Below, in pieces: positions 28,624-37,452 of a stretch of DNA of 64,000 nucleotides (position 1 is the stretch's first letter; each line of letters begins with the position of its first letter). The stretch is from the NCBI GenBank assembly GCA_965248435.1, contig OZ252100.1, forward strand, positions 5,369,044 to 5,433,043, written 5' to 3'. This stretch comes from Candidatus Latescibacterota bacterium (GTDB lineage Bacteria > Latescibacterota > UBA2968 > GCA-2709665). The notes beneath the pieces are model-generated. The model searched no databases, was not told the origin of the DNA, and saw only the letters and a program-made list of their open reading frames with translations. The translations under genes were made by a program, and so were the position numbers.

Positions 28624-29208
28624 CTACAGTGCCTTGTACTTCAGCTTTCGAGGCTCGATGGAAACGGACTCGATGACGACCCTGGAGACCGGATTGTCGT
28701 TTTCGTCTCGGGCTACCTTTGAGATTTCTTCTGCGACATCCATGCCCTCGATCACGTAGCCAAAAACCGTGTAGCTGTGGTCGAGGGCCGGCTGAGGTTC
28801 GAGGCATATGTAGAACTGGCTGCCGCTGGATTCCCACTTTGGGTTTACCTCATCCGGTAGCCTTGCAGCAGCTACCGCCCCGCGAGTGTGCTGATGTCGG
28901 ACCTCCGCCGGAAGCGTATATCCCGGGCCCCCAAGCCCATCATTGGAGCGCTCGGTGTCTTTCGTGTTGGGGTCCCCCCCCTGGACGACGAAGCCCGGTA
29001 TCACACGGTGAAAGGCAAGATTGTTGTAGAAGCCATCGCTCGCCAGTTTCTTGAAGTTCGTTGTCGTCCTTGGCGCATCCTTATGGAACGCGATGACGAT
29101 ACGACCCATACCGGTTTTGATCACGCCAACTTCGTCGACGACGTCTGCCTCACAGGCCGCCAGGGCAAGACATGGCAACACACACGAAAAGAATCTCGAT
29201 CTCGTCAT
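28624..29208 (-). CDS. cyclophilin-type peptidyl-prolyl isomerase lipoprotein
   Basis: FHRVIPGFVVQGGDP and GSQFYI motifs. Lipobox LALAAC. Confidence 0.9.
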   Translation of the reverse strand: MTRSRFFSCVLPCLALAACEADVVDEVGVIKTGMGRIVIAFHKDAPRTTTNFKKLASDGFYNNLAFHRVIPGFVVQGGDPNTKDTERSNDGLGGPGYTLPAEVRHQHTRGAVAAARLPDEVNPKWESSGSQFYICLEPQPALDHSYTVFGYVIEGMDVAEEISKVARDENDNPVSRVVIESVSIEPRKLKYKAL

Positions 29209-29246
29209 TCTCTCTCCTTAGGTCCGTGTAGTGAATGAAGTCCAGA

Positions 29247-29858
29247 TCAATAGAAGGATTTAGGTCCCTTCCTTGGACGCTTGACCGGCGCGGGTTCCTC
29301 TCCATCGGAGATGGCATTCTCATCCAGGATCTTTCTGGACACATAAATAGGGATATCCATTCGCACGGCGAGGGCCATCGCGTCGCTCGGCCTGGAATCG
29401 ACCTGTAGGCGCAGATCATCGTCCCGCTGCAAGTTTAGGACGGCAAAGAATGTAGCGCCCTCTCTTTGCGGATCCGTGGGCCGCAATTCGTCTACCAGGA
29501 TAGAGGTGATTCGAATGTCGGTGGCCTCCAAAACCGTATGAAAGAGGTCGTGCGTCAGCGGACGCGGGAATTCCTTGTTGTAGAACCTTCGCCAGATTGC
29601 CTGACCCTCACAAGGCCCGATCCAGATACGGAGAAACCGCTTCCCGAGCGGATCGTGGAGCCTCACGATGTACTGGTTCTGATGGTCCCGTTTGACGTCG
29701 TAAACCTCTGTCCTTACCGCTTCCGAAGGGGTCTCCTGGACCTGGTTTGGAGCCGACCGCGCCCGGCCAGCGAAGCAGGTCGCAAGAGTGATAAGCGGTA
29801 GATATAACCTCACGAACCGAAAGCCAAAATTCATACCAAGTCTCCCGTAGAAGGCCAA
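29247..29858 (-). CDS. bifunctional nuclease (DUF151/BFN) family protein
   Basis: FLRIWIGPCEGQAI...RPLTHDLF...VDSRPSDAMALAVRMDIPIYV matches the BFN core. It also carries an unusual hydrophobic N-terminus. Confidence 0.75.
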   Translation of the reverse strand: MAFYGRLGMNFGFRFVRLYLPLITLATCFAGRARSAPNQVQETPSEAVRTEVYDVKRDHQNQYIVRLHDPLGKRFLRIWIGPCEGQAIWRRFYNKEFPRPLTHDLFHTVLEATDIRITSILVDELRPTDPQREGATFFAVLNLQRDDDLRLQVDSRPSDAMALAVRMDIPIYVSRKILDENAISDGEEPAPVKRPRKGPKSFY

Positions 29859-30034
29859 TCGTCCAGCAAAATATAAGGGGGGGCCTTTTACGAAGCAACT
29901 TGAAATCCAGGAAATTTGCGTTCGGTTTGTTTATTGACAAGCAGTTATGAATATCCTATGTTTAGAGGCTTTGGAAATTTCCTTGTGCTCTGGCGGTTTT
30001 TTTGCGATTTCACGTGCGGTTTGTGGGTGAGACG

Positions 30035-30913
30035 ATGGTAACAAGCATGACCGGATTCGGGAGGGGGGATGCGGAGTCTGATGGCCTTTGGGCATCCGTC
30101 GAAATCCGAGCAGTCAACGGCCGATATGGCGACGTCTCGGTGCGCCTTCCAAGGAGTCTTGCAGAACTGGAGCCCAGGATCAAGGAGATCGTCCTCTCAA
30201 CGATTTCTCGGGGCCACGTAGAGGTTTCGGTGTTCTTGAAGGGGGGTGAGGTGGAGCACGGCATGCCAGTATTAAACGTCGACATCCTCCAGGCGTATCG
30301 AGAAGGCATCGAGCAGATCAAGGCCAGAATGGGCTCCTCCTCAGAAGTCGACCCGCTGAAGATGGCTCTCCTACCCAACATCTTTGATTATGAACCTGCT
30401 TCACCCGATCTAGAGGTCGTTTGGACCCTGGTCGAGCCGGCCTGCAAGAAGGCTTTGGCAGGATGTCAGCTTATGCGAGTCGAGGAAGGCCAAAAACTCA
30501 GGTTGGAGTTTCTTGGTAGAGTTGAGATCCTGGAGTCGCTCCTTACTCGAGCTGAGGAACTTGCTCCCGCACGCATCGGATCGATCCGCCAGAAGATTGA
30601 GGAAAAACTCAGAGAGTATTTGGCACCAGAGGAGTTTGATAAGAATCGCGTCCTGATGGAGGTCGCCATACTCGCAGAGCGAAGTGATATGACAGAGGAG
30701 TTCGTCCGCTTTCACAGTCACAATACACAGTTTCTCGAGACGCTGGAGCGAGATGAGGCCGTGGGGCGACGTCTGAACTTTCTGCTTCAGGAGATTCTCC
30801 GGGAGGCGAACACGATTGGGTCCAAAGCCGGGGATGCGGACATCGCTCACCTGGTCGTTGAGATGAAAGAGGAGATCGAGAAACTCAAGGAGCAGGTACA
30901 GAACGTCGAATGA
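30035..30913 (+). CDS. yicC: YicC/YloC family stress-induced protein
   Basis: SMTGFGRG opening, and LNFLLQEILREANTIGSKA near the C-terminus. Confidence 0.85.
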   Translation: MVTSMTGFGRGDAESDGLWASVEIRAVNGRYGDVSVRLPRSLAELEPRIKEIVLSTISRGHVEVSVFLKGGEVEHGMPVLNVDILQAYREGIEQIKARMGSSSEVDPLKMALLPNIFDYEPASPDLEVVWTLVEPACKKALAGCQLMRVEEGQKLRLEFLGRVEILESLLTRAEELAPARIGSIRQKIEEKLREYLAPEEFDKNRVLMEVAILAERSDMTEEFVRFHSHNTQFLETLERDEAVGRRLNFLLQEILREANTIGSKAGDADIAHLVVEMKEEIEKLKEQVQNVE

Positions 30914-31590
30914 GTGCTCGGATTGAAGAGAACAGATTTGTTATGACAAAGTCCTTCGATCAGGCTCCACCCGTCGCTTTGGATACACGTTCATTTGCCC
31001 TCATCGTGGCAGGACCCTCTGGTGTCGGAAAGACTTCGATCTGTCAAGGGATCATTGACAAAGACCGTTTGGTACAAGCCTGTGTGACCACGACGACACG
31101 CCCCAAAAGGTCTGCTGAAGTCGATGGTGTAGATTATCAGTTCGTGTCTGAGGATGCTTTCAATCGTATCGTAGAAGCAGGAGAATTTGTCGAGTGGGCG
31201 GAAGTGCACGGCTACCTTTATGGGGCCACTTCCGAAGCTGTGGCCAAAGCACTTTCCGGCGGCCAGGTGATGCTCCTGGATGTGGATGTCCAGGGAATGA
31301 AAACGTGGAAAGCGGCGCTGGAGGATAGATGTGTAACCGCCTTCGTTGTTCCTCCTTCTATCGAAGTGCTCAAGAAACAGTTGGAGGAAAGAAAAACCGA
31401 AGACGAGGCCTCGTTCAAGACGCGCATGGAGGGTGCTCAAAGGGAATTGAGTGAAGCAGATGGATTCGACTATTTGATCGTTAATCATGACCTTCAACAG
31501 GCCATTTCTGATTTGGAGGCGATCATCAGCGCTGAGCGATGTCGCCCCCGCAGAATGCGCAACGCCCTCTCAAGGCTATTGGATCATTGA
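30910..31590 (+). CDS. gmk: guanylate kinase
   Basis: GPSGVGKTS P-loop and TTTRPKRSAEVDGVDYQFVS. 4-nt overlap with yicC. Confidence 0.9.
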   Translation: MSARIEENRFVMTKSFDQAPPVALDTRSFALIVAGPSGVGKTSICQGIIDKDRLVQACVTTTTRPKRSAEVDGVDYQFVSEDAFNRIVEAGEFVEWAEVHGYLYGATSEAVAKALSGGQVMLLDVDVQGMKTWKAALEDRCVTAFVVPPSIEVLKKQLEERKTEDEASFKTRMEGAQRELSEADGFDYLIVNHDLQQAISDLEAIISAERCRPRRMRNALSRLLDH

Positions 31591-31653
31591 AGATTGATGG
31601 AGGTTTCTTCAGGTGCAAGCTCAAGGATCCTAGATCCAGGAGGTGTGTGGTTC

Positions 31654-31926
31654 ATGGCAGACATTTTTTTCATAGAGGATATCAGCGGTGATGACATGAA
31701 TCCTTATGAGGCGGTGACGCTCGCCTCTCGAGAAGCCAGGCGTGTCAACCAACTACGCTTGATCGGGGACCTGCCGGAAGAGACTGAAAAACCGACGACC
31801 TTTGGATTGAGTCGCCTGGCAAATAAGGAGATTGGCCTTAGCTATGTTGAAGAGGCCTCCGACCAGGAAATAGGAGAGCAGGAGGATGCCACTTCTCAGG
31901 AAAAGCCGGATACTTCTGGGGATTAG
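31654..31926 (+). CDS. rpoZ: RNA polymerase omega subunit
   Basis: NPYEAVTLASREARRVN core. AGGAGG SD before ATG 31654. Conserved gmk-rpoZ order. Confidence 0.75.
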   Translation: MADIFFIEDISGDDMNPYEAVTLASREARRVNQLRLIGDLPEETEKPTTFGLSRLANKEIGLSYVEEASDQEIGEQEDATSQEKPDTSGD

Positions 31927-33085
31927 CGGGGGAATTGCGGCATATAAGAGTGTAGAGGTCTTGCGCCGCCTTCTGCGAATCGGTGCAGAGGTGCGGGTGG
32001 TGATGACCCCATCTGCACGCCAGTTTATTCAACCGCTGACCTTTGAAGTCCTCTCCCGTCACCGGGTCTACACGGAACTCTTTCCCGAACGAGAAAATAC
32101 CGAAGTTGCGCACGTCACCCTGGCAAACTGGCCGGACCTGATCCTTGTGGCTCCGGCGACGGCTCATCTGATCGGCAGGATGGCCAACGGGTTGGCAGAC
32201 GATCTGTTGACGTGTATTCTTCTGGCCACGCGTGCCCCGGTGGTGCTGGCGCCCTCGATGGAGAGCGCAATGTACGAGCACGCCGCGGTGCAGAATAACA
32301 TTCAAAGGCTGCACCGAGCGGGTTACCAACTCTTGGAACCGGAAAGCGGTGAGCTCGCCTCCGGGGAGGTGGGTGTGGGCAGGCTGCCGCACCCCGATCG
32401 GATCGTTTCCGCCGTCGAGGAGAGATTGGAGAAGAGCGATGCATTCGCGGGCAGGAAGATCGTGGTGACTGCATCGCGCACTGAGGAAGATATCGACCCG
32501 GTTCGATTTATCACGAATAGATCTTCTGGAAAGATGGGATATGCAGTTGCAAGTCAGGCCCACCGGAGAGGGGCGGAGGTGGTCCTTGTCAGCGGACCGA
32601 CGGCCCTGGATGCACCGTCCGGAGTCGAAGTGGTCCCGGTGCGGACCGTCTCAGAGATGCGCAACGCCACAACGGCCGCGTTTCAAGATGCCGACGTGCT
32701 GATCATGGCCGCTGCCGTGCTGGATTTTAGACCTAAGCGCGTTGCGCATTCAAAGATCAAGAAGGGAGGCAACGGCTTACGCCTGGATCTCGAACCCACT
32801 GAAGACATCCTTTTGGATCTGGGACCGGAAAAAGGGAGCCGGATGCTCGTCGGATTCGCAATGGAAACTGAAAATGGCCTGGCCAACGCCAGGAAGAAGC
32901 TGAAAGCCAAAAATCTTGATCTGATCGTATTGAATGACATTACCGTGGAGGGGTCGGGTTTTGGTGGCGACACAAACCAGGTGACCCTGGTTGATCGGTC
33001 AGAGTCCGTCGAAAAATTGCCCAAGATGACGAAGGCCGAAGCGGCTGAACGAATTCTAAACTGGATCGGCGCGCGATGGCAATAG
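31886..33085 (+). CDS. coaBC: bifunctional phosphopantothenoylcysteine decarboxylase/synthetase
   Basis: ILLGISGGIAAYKSVEVLRRL flavoprotein N-terminus, PAT/ANGLADDLL motif, and C-terminal DFP domain (ITNRSSGKMG). Confidence 0.9.
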   Translation: MPLLRKSRILLGISGGIAAYKSVEVLRRLLRIGAEVRVVMTPSARQFIQPLTFEVLSRHRVYTELFPERENTEVAHVTLANWPDLILVAPATAHLIGRMANGLADDLLTCILLATRAPVVLAPSMESAMYEHAAVQNNIQRLHRAGYQLLEPESGELASGEVGVGRLPHPDRIVSAVEERLEKSDAFAGRKIVVTASRTEEDIDPVRFITNRSSGKMGYAVASQAHRRGAEVVLVSGPTALDAPSGVEVVPVRTVSEMRNATTAAFQDADVLIMAAAVLDFRPKRVAHSKIKKGGNGLRLDLEPTEDILLDLGPEKGSRMLVGFAMETENGLANARKKLKAKNLDLIVLNDITVEGSGFGGDTNQVTLVDRSESVEKLPKMTKAEAAERILNWIGARWQ

Positions 33086-33768
33086 ATGTGGGAGAAACCC
33101 CGGCGAGCGTCGAAGGCCTGGATGCCTTTCGCCTCGCCAGGGAGTATCTAAAGCAGCAAACCGAACTCGGGCTCACCCATCTGCCCGCGGCCAGTGCCAA
33201 TGCATCCGCCGAGCATCGGCTTGCCACATTCCACGATTCCATCCGGAATTGCCAGGCTTGCCGGCTTTCCAAGGGACGCCGCGTGGTGGTGTTCGGAAGC
33301 GGGTGTCCAACCGCAGACGTCCTCTTCGTCGGGGAAGCACCCGGAAAGGACGAAGACCTGCAGGGACTGCCTTTTGTGGGCGCGGCGGGGGCGCTGTTGA
33401 CTCGGATGATCGAATCGATTGGGCTTAGACGAGATGATGTCTATATTGCCAACGTCATCAAATGCCGTCCCCCGAATAACCGGGATCCTGAACCCGATGA
33501 AATCTCAAAGTGTGAGCCCTACCTTCATCGACAGGTCGAAATCATAAGCCCGATCGTGATCTGTTCACTCGGCCGGTTCGCCGCCCAGGTACTCCTGCAG
33601 ACGAACGAGTCCATGGGGAAGCTTCGGGGTCGCCTGTTTGCTTACAGGGGCATTAAGTTGATTCCGACATACCACCCCGCCGCCCTCCTCCGAAATGCAC
33701 ATTGGAAGCGGCCAGCATGGAATGATCTCAATCTGCTTCGGAGTGAATATGATAGGTTGCGGCAGTAG
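33076..33768 (+). CDS. uracil-DNA glycosylase, family 4
   Basis: CQACRL..., VLFVGEAPGKDEDLQGLPFVGAAG, and HPAALLRN near the C-terminus. Confidence 0.85.
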   Translation: MAIDVGETPASVEGLDAFRLAREYLKQQTELGLTHLPAASANASAEHRLATFHDSIRNCQACRLSKGRRVVVFGSGCPTADVLFVGEAPGKDEDLQGLPFVGAAGALLTRMIESIGLRRDDVYIANVIKCRPPNNRDPEPDEISKCEPYLHRQVEIISPIVICSLGRFAAQVLLQTNESMGKLRGRLFAYRGIKLIPTYHPAALLRNAHWKRPAWNDLNLLRSEYDRLRQ

Positions 33769-33795
33769 CCGTTTTGATTGACAACACCCTTTTGA

Positions 33796-35214
33796 ATGCC
33801 TGGCACACACACAATGACGACCGAGCAACTCAAAGCGCCATCACAATCGCAATCTGCGGACCGGATTCAGCCTAGAGCGGTAGAGGTGGAAAGAGCCGTA
33901 CTGGGTGCAATGTTGATTGATAAAGGCTCTATCGGACGCGTCCTGGAGGTCGTCGGGGACGAAACCGCATTCTACCACTCCGCACATCGAAAGATCTACT
34001 CAGCGATCGTTGGCCTCTACGACAGGGGCGAACCGGCGGATCAGATTACCGTAACGGAGGAACTCAACCGAAGGGGAGAGCTCGAGAGGGCAGGAGGTGC
34101 CGTCGAGATCGCCGGATTGGCAGGGGAAATGGCGACGGCGGTCAACGCGGAATATCACGCGAAGATCATTCTGGATCGGGCGCTCCGAAGGCGGCTGATC
34201 GAAGCCGCGACTCAGACGGCAGCCGAATGTTATGAGGAAAGCGAGGAAATTCGCGAGGTCATCGACCGAGCGGAGCAGCGCGTGTTCGGGATCGCCGAGC
34301 GTGAGTTTGGTAAGGGTATCGTAGCTCTTCAGCCTGTGCTGCACGAGGCCGTGGCGATCATTCAGAAAGCACAGGAACGTTCTGGGGCGCTCTCTGGTGT
34401 CACGACCGGGTATAAAGATCTTGATGAGATTACGGCGGGCCTCCAATCCTCAGACCTTATCATCATTGCGGGCAGACCGTCCATGGGAAAGACGGCGCTT
34501 TCCCTTTGTGTTGCCAGGAATGCGGCCGTTAAAGAGAACACTCCGGTGCTTATTTTCTCTTTGGAAATGTCTCTACAGCAACTGGCGCAGAGGCTGCTTT
34601 GTTCCGAAGCACGCGTGAATTCTCATCGCCTGAGGACCGGGAGGCTGTCGGAAGAGGAGTGGCAGCGTCTGGCTCACTGGATCGGGAAGCTTGAAAAGGC
34701 CCCGATCTTTATCGATGACACACCCGGTCTCACCGTGCTGGAGATAAGGGCCAAGGCCCGAAGGGCAAAGGCCGAGCACAACATCGGCATGGTCATCGTG
34801 GACTACCTGCAGCTCGTGAGTGTCAATGAGCGTTCGGACAATCGTGAGCAGGAGATCGCCCGGGTTTCCCGTTCCCTGAAATCGCTCGCGAAGGAACTCG
34901 ATCTTCCTGTCATCGCCTGCGCACAGCTTTCCCGTGCCGTAGAGGCGAGGGAAAAGAGGCGGCCGCAATTGTCAGATTTGAGGGAAAGTGGGAGCCTTGA
35001 GCAGGACGCCGACGTTGTGATGTTTCTCTATAGACCGGAAGTGTATGACCTTCCTGATGAGGAGGGCAACAGTCAGGAGGGGGTCACGGAGGTGATTATC
35101 GGGAAGCAGCGCAACGGTCCAACCGGGAGTGTTTATCTCACTTGGTTAGGTGAATACGGGCGTTTTGAAGAGCCTGAAATGTATCGGGACCCGATATCTT
35201 CGGGGCAGATTTAA
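33796..35214 (+). CDS. dnaB: replicative DNA helicase
   Basis: PRAVEVERAVLGAML N-terminal domain, Walker A GRPSMGKTA, VDYLQL, and QLSR..E arginine-finger region. Confidence 0.95.
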   Translation: MPGTHTMTTEQLKAPSQSQSADRIQPRAVEVERAVLGAMLIDKGSIGRVLEVVGDETAFYHSAHRKIYSAIVGLYDRGEPADQITVTEELNRRGELERAGGAVEIAGLAGEMATAVNAEYHAKIILDRALRRRLIEAATQTAAECYEESEEIREVIDRAEQRVFGIAEREFGKGIVALQPVLHEAVAIIQKAQERSGALSGVTTGYKDLDEITAGLQSSDLIIIAGRPSMGKTALSLCVARNAAVKENTPVLIFSLEMSLQQLAQRLLCSEARVNSHRLRTGRLSEEEWQRLAHWIGKLEKAPIFIDDTPGLTVLEIRAKARRAKAEHNIGMVIVDYLQLVSVNERSDNREQEIARVSRSLKSLAKELDLPVIACAQLSRAVEAREKRRPQLSDLRESGSLEQDADVVMFLYRPEVYDLPDEEGNSQEGVTEVIIGKQRNGPTGSVYLTWLGEYGRFEEPEMYRDPISSGQI

Positions 35215-35238
35215 AACGCCTTCATTAATGAGGTTAAG

Positions 35239-35880
35239 ATGGATTCGGCGAAAAGATCACACGTCTGGCTTTCGAAACTGCTTTCGCTCATGTTGAGACA
35301 CAGACCTGATGAGTTTGGGGTCACGCTGGACGCTAAAGGGTTTGGTGATCTGGAGGAGGTCCTCCAGGCGCTGCAGGACAGGGATCAGGGCGTGGGGATC
35401 GAGGATATCGAATCGGTGGTATACAAGTCTGAGAAGCAACGATTCGAGATCGCGGAAGGACGCATACGCGCTCGTTATGGTCACAGCATTCCCATCGAGC
35501 TGGATGCAGATCCGATAGAGCCTCCAGAATACTTGTATAAAGGGATCGATCTGGAGGATGTAGAACAGGTGCTAAAGGAGGGGCTAAGTCCCACCGACCG
35601 TCGTTACGTGCACCTTTCCTTTGACTCGAACGTTGCCTCACGTCTTGGCGGGAATCGGAGTAGGCCAGGGGCTGTTGTTCGCGTGGATGCACTTCGTGCC
35701 CACCAGGAAGGCATTCCCTTTTACGACTGTGGTCCAACGATCCTCACTCCCGAGGTATCGCCGGAATTTATCACGCTCGAGGAACAGGTCGAAGCGCGGC
35801 ATGTTTCGGGGAGTGAAGAGGCCGAGAAACAGGGGCCGGTCTCCTATGGCCGAAAGCGCAGGTTTGGGGGAAGGAAGTAG
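35239..35880 (+). CDS. kptA: RNA 2'-phosphotransferase (Tpt1/KptA)
   Basis: LSKLLSLMLRHRPDEFGVTLDAKGF, RFEI...IRARYGHS, YVHLS: conserved Tpt1 R-H-R-type motifs. Confidence 0.85.
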   Translation: MDSAKRSHVWLSKLLSLMLRHRPDEFGVTLDAKGFGDLEEVLQALQDRDQGVGIEDIESVVYKSEKQRFEIAEGRIRARYGHSIPIELDADPIEPPEYLYKGIDLEDVEQVLKEGLSPTDRRYVHLSFDSNVASRLGGNRSRPGAVVRVDALRAHQEGIPFYDCGPTILTPEVSPEFITLEEQVEARHVSGSEEAEKQGPVSYGRKRRFGGRK

Positions 35881-35924
35881 CTGCCCACATCGTGTGGGGG
35901 TAGAACGATTTCCAATCCGATGGG

Positions 35925-35951
35925 GACCATTCGATAAGGGATGGTCTTTTT
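35925..35951 (+). terminator. weak intrinsic terminator after kptA
   Basis: GACCAT-(10 nt)-ATGGTC followed by TTTTT. The stem is short, so confidence is low. Confidence 0.35.
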
Positions 35952-35981
35952 AGACTCTCGATCGTCTAAGAGTTATCGTCG

Positions 35982-36875
35982 ATGAGTAGAAAGAAGCCCA
36001 ATTCTGTTGCCATTTTGGAGATGGCCGGGGACCTTGCCCAGCAGACGTCAGCGGATGTGATCGTTCTGATTGCCGACTCCGGAGTGAAACGGGCCTCGCT
36101 GGAAGTCTTGAACGATGTCTGCCAGACGCTTGTCGTGACTCGGAACAAGCGCTTCCTGAGGGGAATCGAAGAGAGCGGCGTGTGGCGCGTGCAGTTCGAA
36201 TTCGAACTCGATGATGTGGCACGGTTTGAACGGGTACGGCAGGGCATTATTCTGGGTGTGGAGGCAGGATACATTCCTAAAGGGAGCCGGCTCGTCTGCC
36301 TGACCGGTGTGATGGGGAGCAGTGGCGTAGATACACTCCTGCTCACAGACGCGAGTTTAGGTTTTGAGGACTTCCATCCAGATAGCGTGGCAGCCCTGGC
36401 AGGTGACCTGCCTGTTGAGGTGGTAAAGGCGGTGCTCGACCTGGCGCTGGACATCGGCCAGGAGGGTCGAGAGGGGGAGCCGGTTGGGACACTCTTTGTC
36501 GTCGGGGATTCTGAGCAGGTCATGGGCCATTCAAAAGAGATGACGTTCGACCCGTTCCGGGGCTATTCCGAGAGAGAAAAGAACATCTGCAGTCCAGACA
36601 TCGGGGAAGGGATCAGGGAGGTCGCCCTGATGGATGGCGCATTTATTGTTCAGGACGATGGTGTTATTCTAGCGGGTGGGCGATACATTACGGCTGATGT
36701 GAAGGGGCTGAGCCTGCCCAAGGGACTCGGGGCGAGACACGTCGCGGCAGCGGCCATTACGAAACACACAAACGCGATTGCCGTGGCCGTTTCGGAGTCC
36801 TCGGGCACGCTGCGTGCCTTTAGAGATGGCGAGATCGTCCTTCGCCGAGTGCCTTCACGGAGAGCGAAGGGTTAG
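35982..36875 (+). CDS. DAC (DisA_N) domain protein with non-CdaA N-terminal domain: DacZ-like diadenylate cyclase
   Basis: The C-terminal half aligns by eye to the DAC fold: GTLFVVG, ALMDGAFIV (DGA motif), GLGARHVAAAAIT (RH[R] motif, second R is V), AVAVSESSGTLRAF. No TM helices. Confidence 0.7.
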   Translation: MSRKKPNSVAILEMAGDLAQQTSADVIVLIADSGVKRASLEVLNDVCQTLVVTRNKRFLRGIEESGVWRVQFEFELDDVARFERVRQGIILGVEAGYIPKGSRLVCLTGVMGSSGVDTLLLTDASLGFEDFHPDSVAALAGDLPVEVVKAVLDLALDIGQEGREGEPVGTLFVVGDSEQVMGHSKEMTFDPFRGYSEREKNICSPDIGEGIREVALMDGAFIVQDDGVILAGGRYITADVKGLSLPKGLGARHVAAAAITKHTNAIAVAVSESSGTLRAFRDGEIVLRRVPSRRAKG

Positions 36876-36886
36876 GATTGTAGAGA

Positions 36887-37414
36887 ATGGTACTCGATCC
36901 TGAAGAGATCAGCCTGATCAAGGACGGCAAAGGTGTCGAGCTCATCCGGCGTGGGGTTCGACAGGGGATTGCGAAGATCGTCAAGGCGTTCCCGAATAGC
37001 AGTCCGCACGGCCACGTTGGACTGTTGGACGAAGATGGGTGCGAGATCGGAATGATCCGGTCTCTCGAAAAGCTGGATGCCGCGTCACGGGACCTTCTGG
37101 ATGAAGCTCTGAGGGCCGCCTACTACGTTCCTCCAATCCTTGAGGTTCTTTCCGTAGAATCTCAAGGCGGCGGTTACGTCTGGCAAGTGTCGATGGAGAG
37201 CGGGGAGCTGTCTTTCCGAACACAGGGGGCCCACACCTTGAATACTTCACAGTTTCCAAAAATTGTCGTCACAGATGAGAACGGGAGGCGATATCGCATC
37301 GAAGATTACCCGGCCCTGGATGCCTACAGCAAGGAGGCCCTGCGGGACCTGCTCCCCGACTACGTCAGGCGGGCCCAGATGGGTCTTTCGAGTCGCGTGA
37401 GACGCAAGCCTTGA
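36887..37414 (+). CDS. DUF1854 family protein
   Basis: AFPNSSPHGHVGLLDEDGCEIGMIRSLEKLDAASRDLLDEAL...YVPPILEVLSV....WQV matches my memory of DUF1854. Starts 11 nt after the DAC gene. Confidence 0.65.
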   Translation: MVLDPEEISLIKDGKGVELIRRGVRQGIAKIVKAFPNSSPHGHVGLLDEDGCEIGMIRSLEKLDAASRDLLDEALRAAYYVPPILEVLSVESQGGGYVWQVSMESGELSFRTQGAHTLNTSQFPKIVVTDENGRRYRIEDYPALDAYSKEALRDLLPDYVRRAQMGLSSRVRRKP

Positions 37415-37452
37415 GTGCGACAGGGACCTGGCGTTGATCCAGTTTTAGGCCT

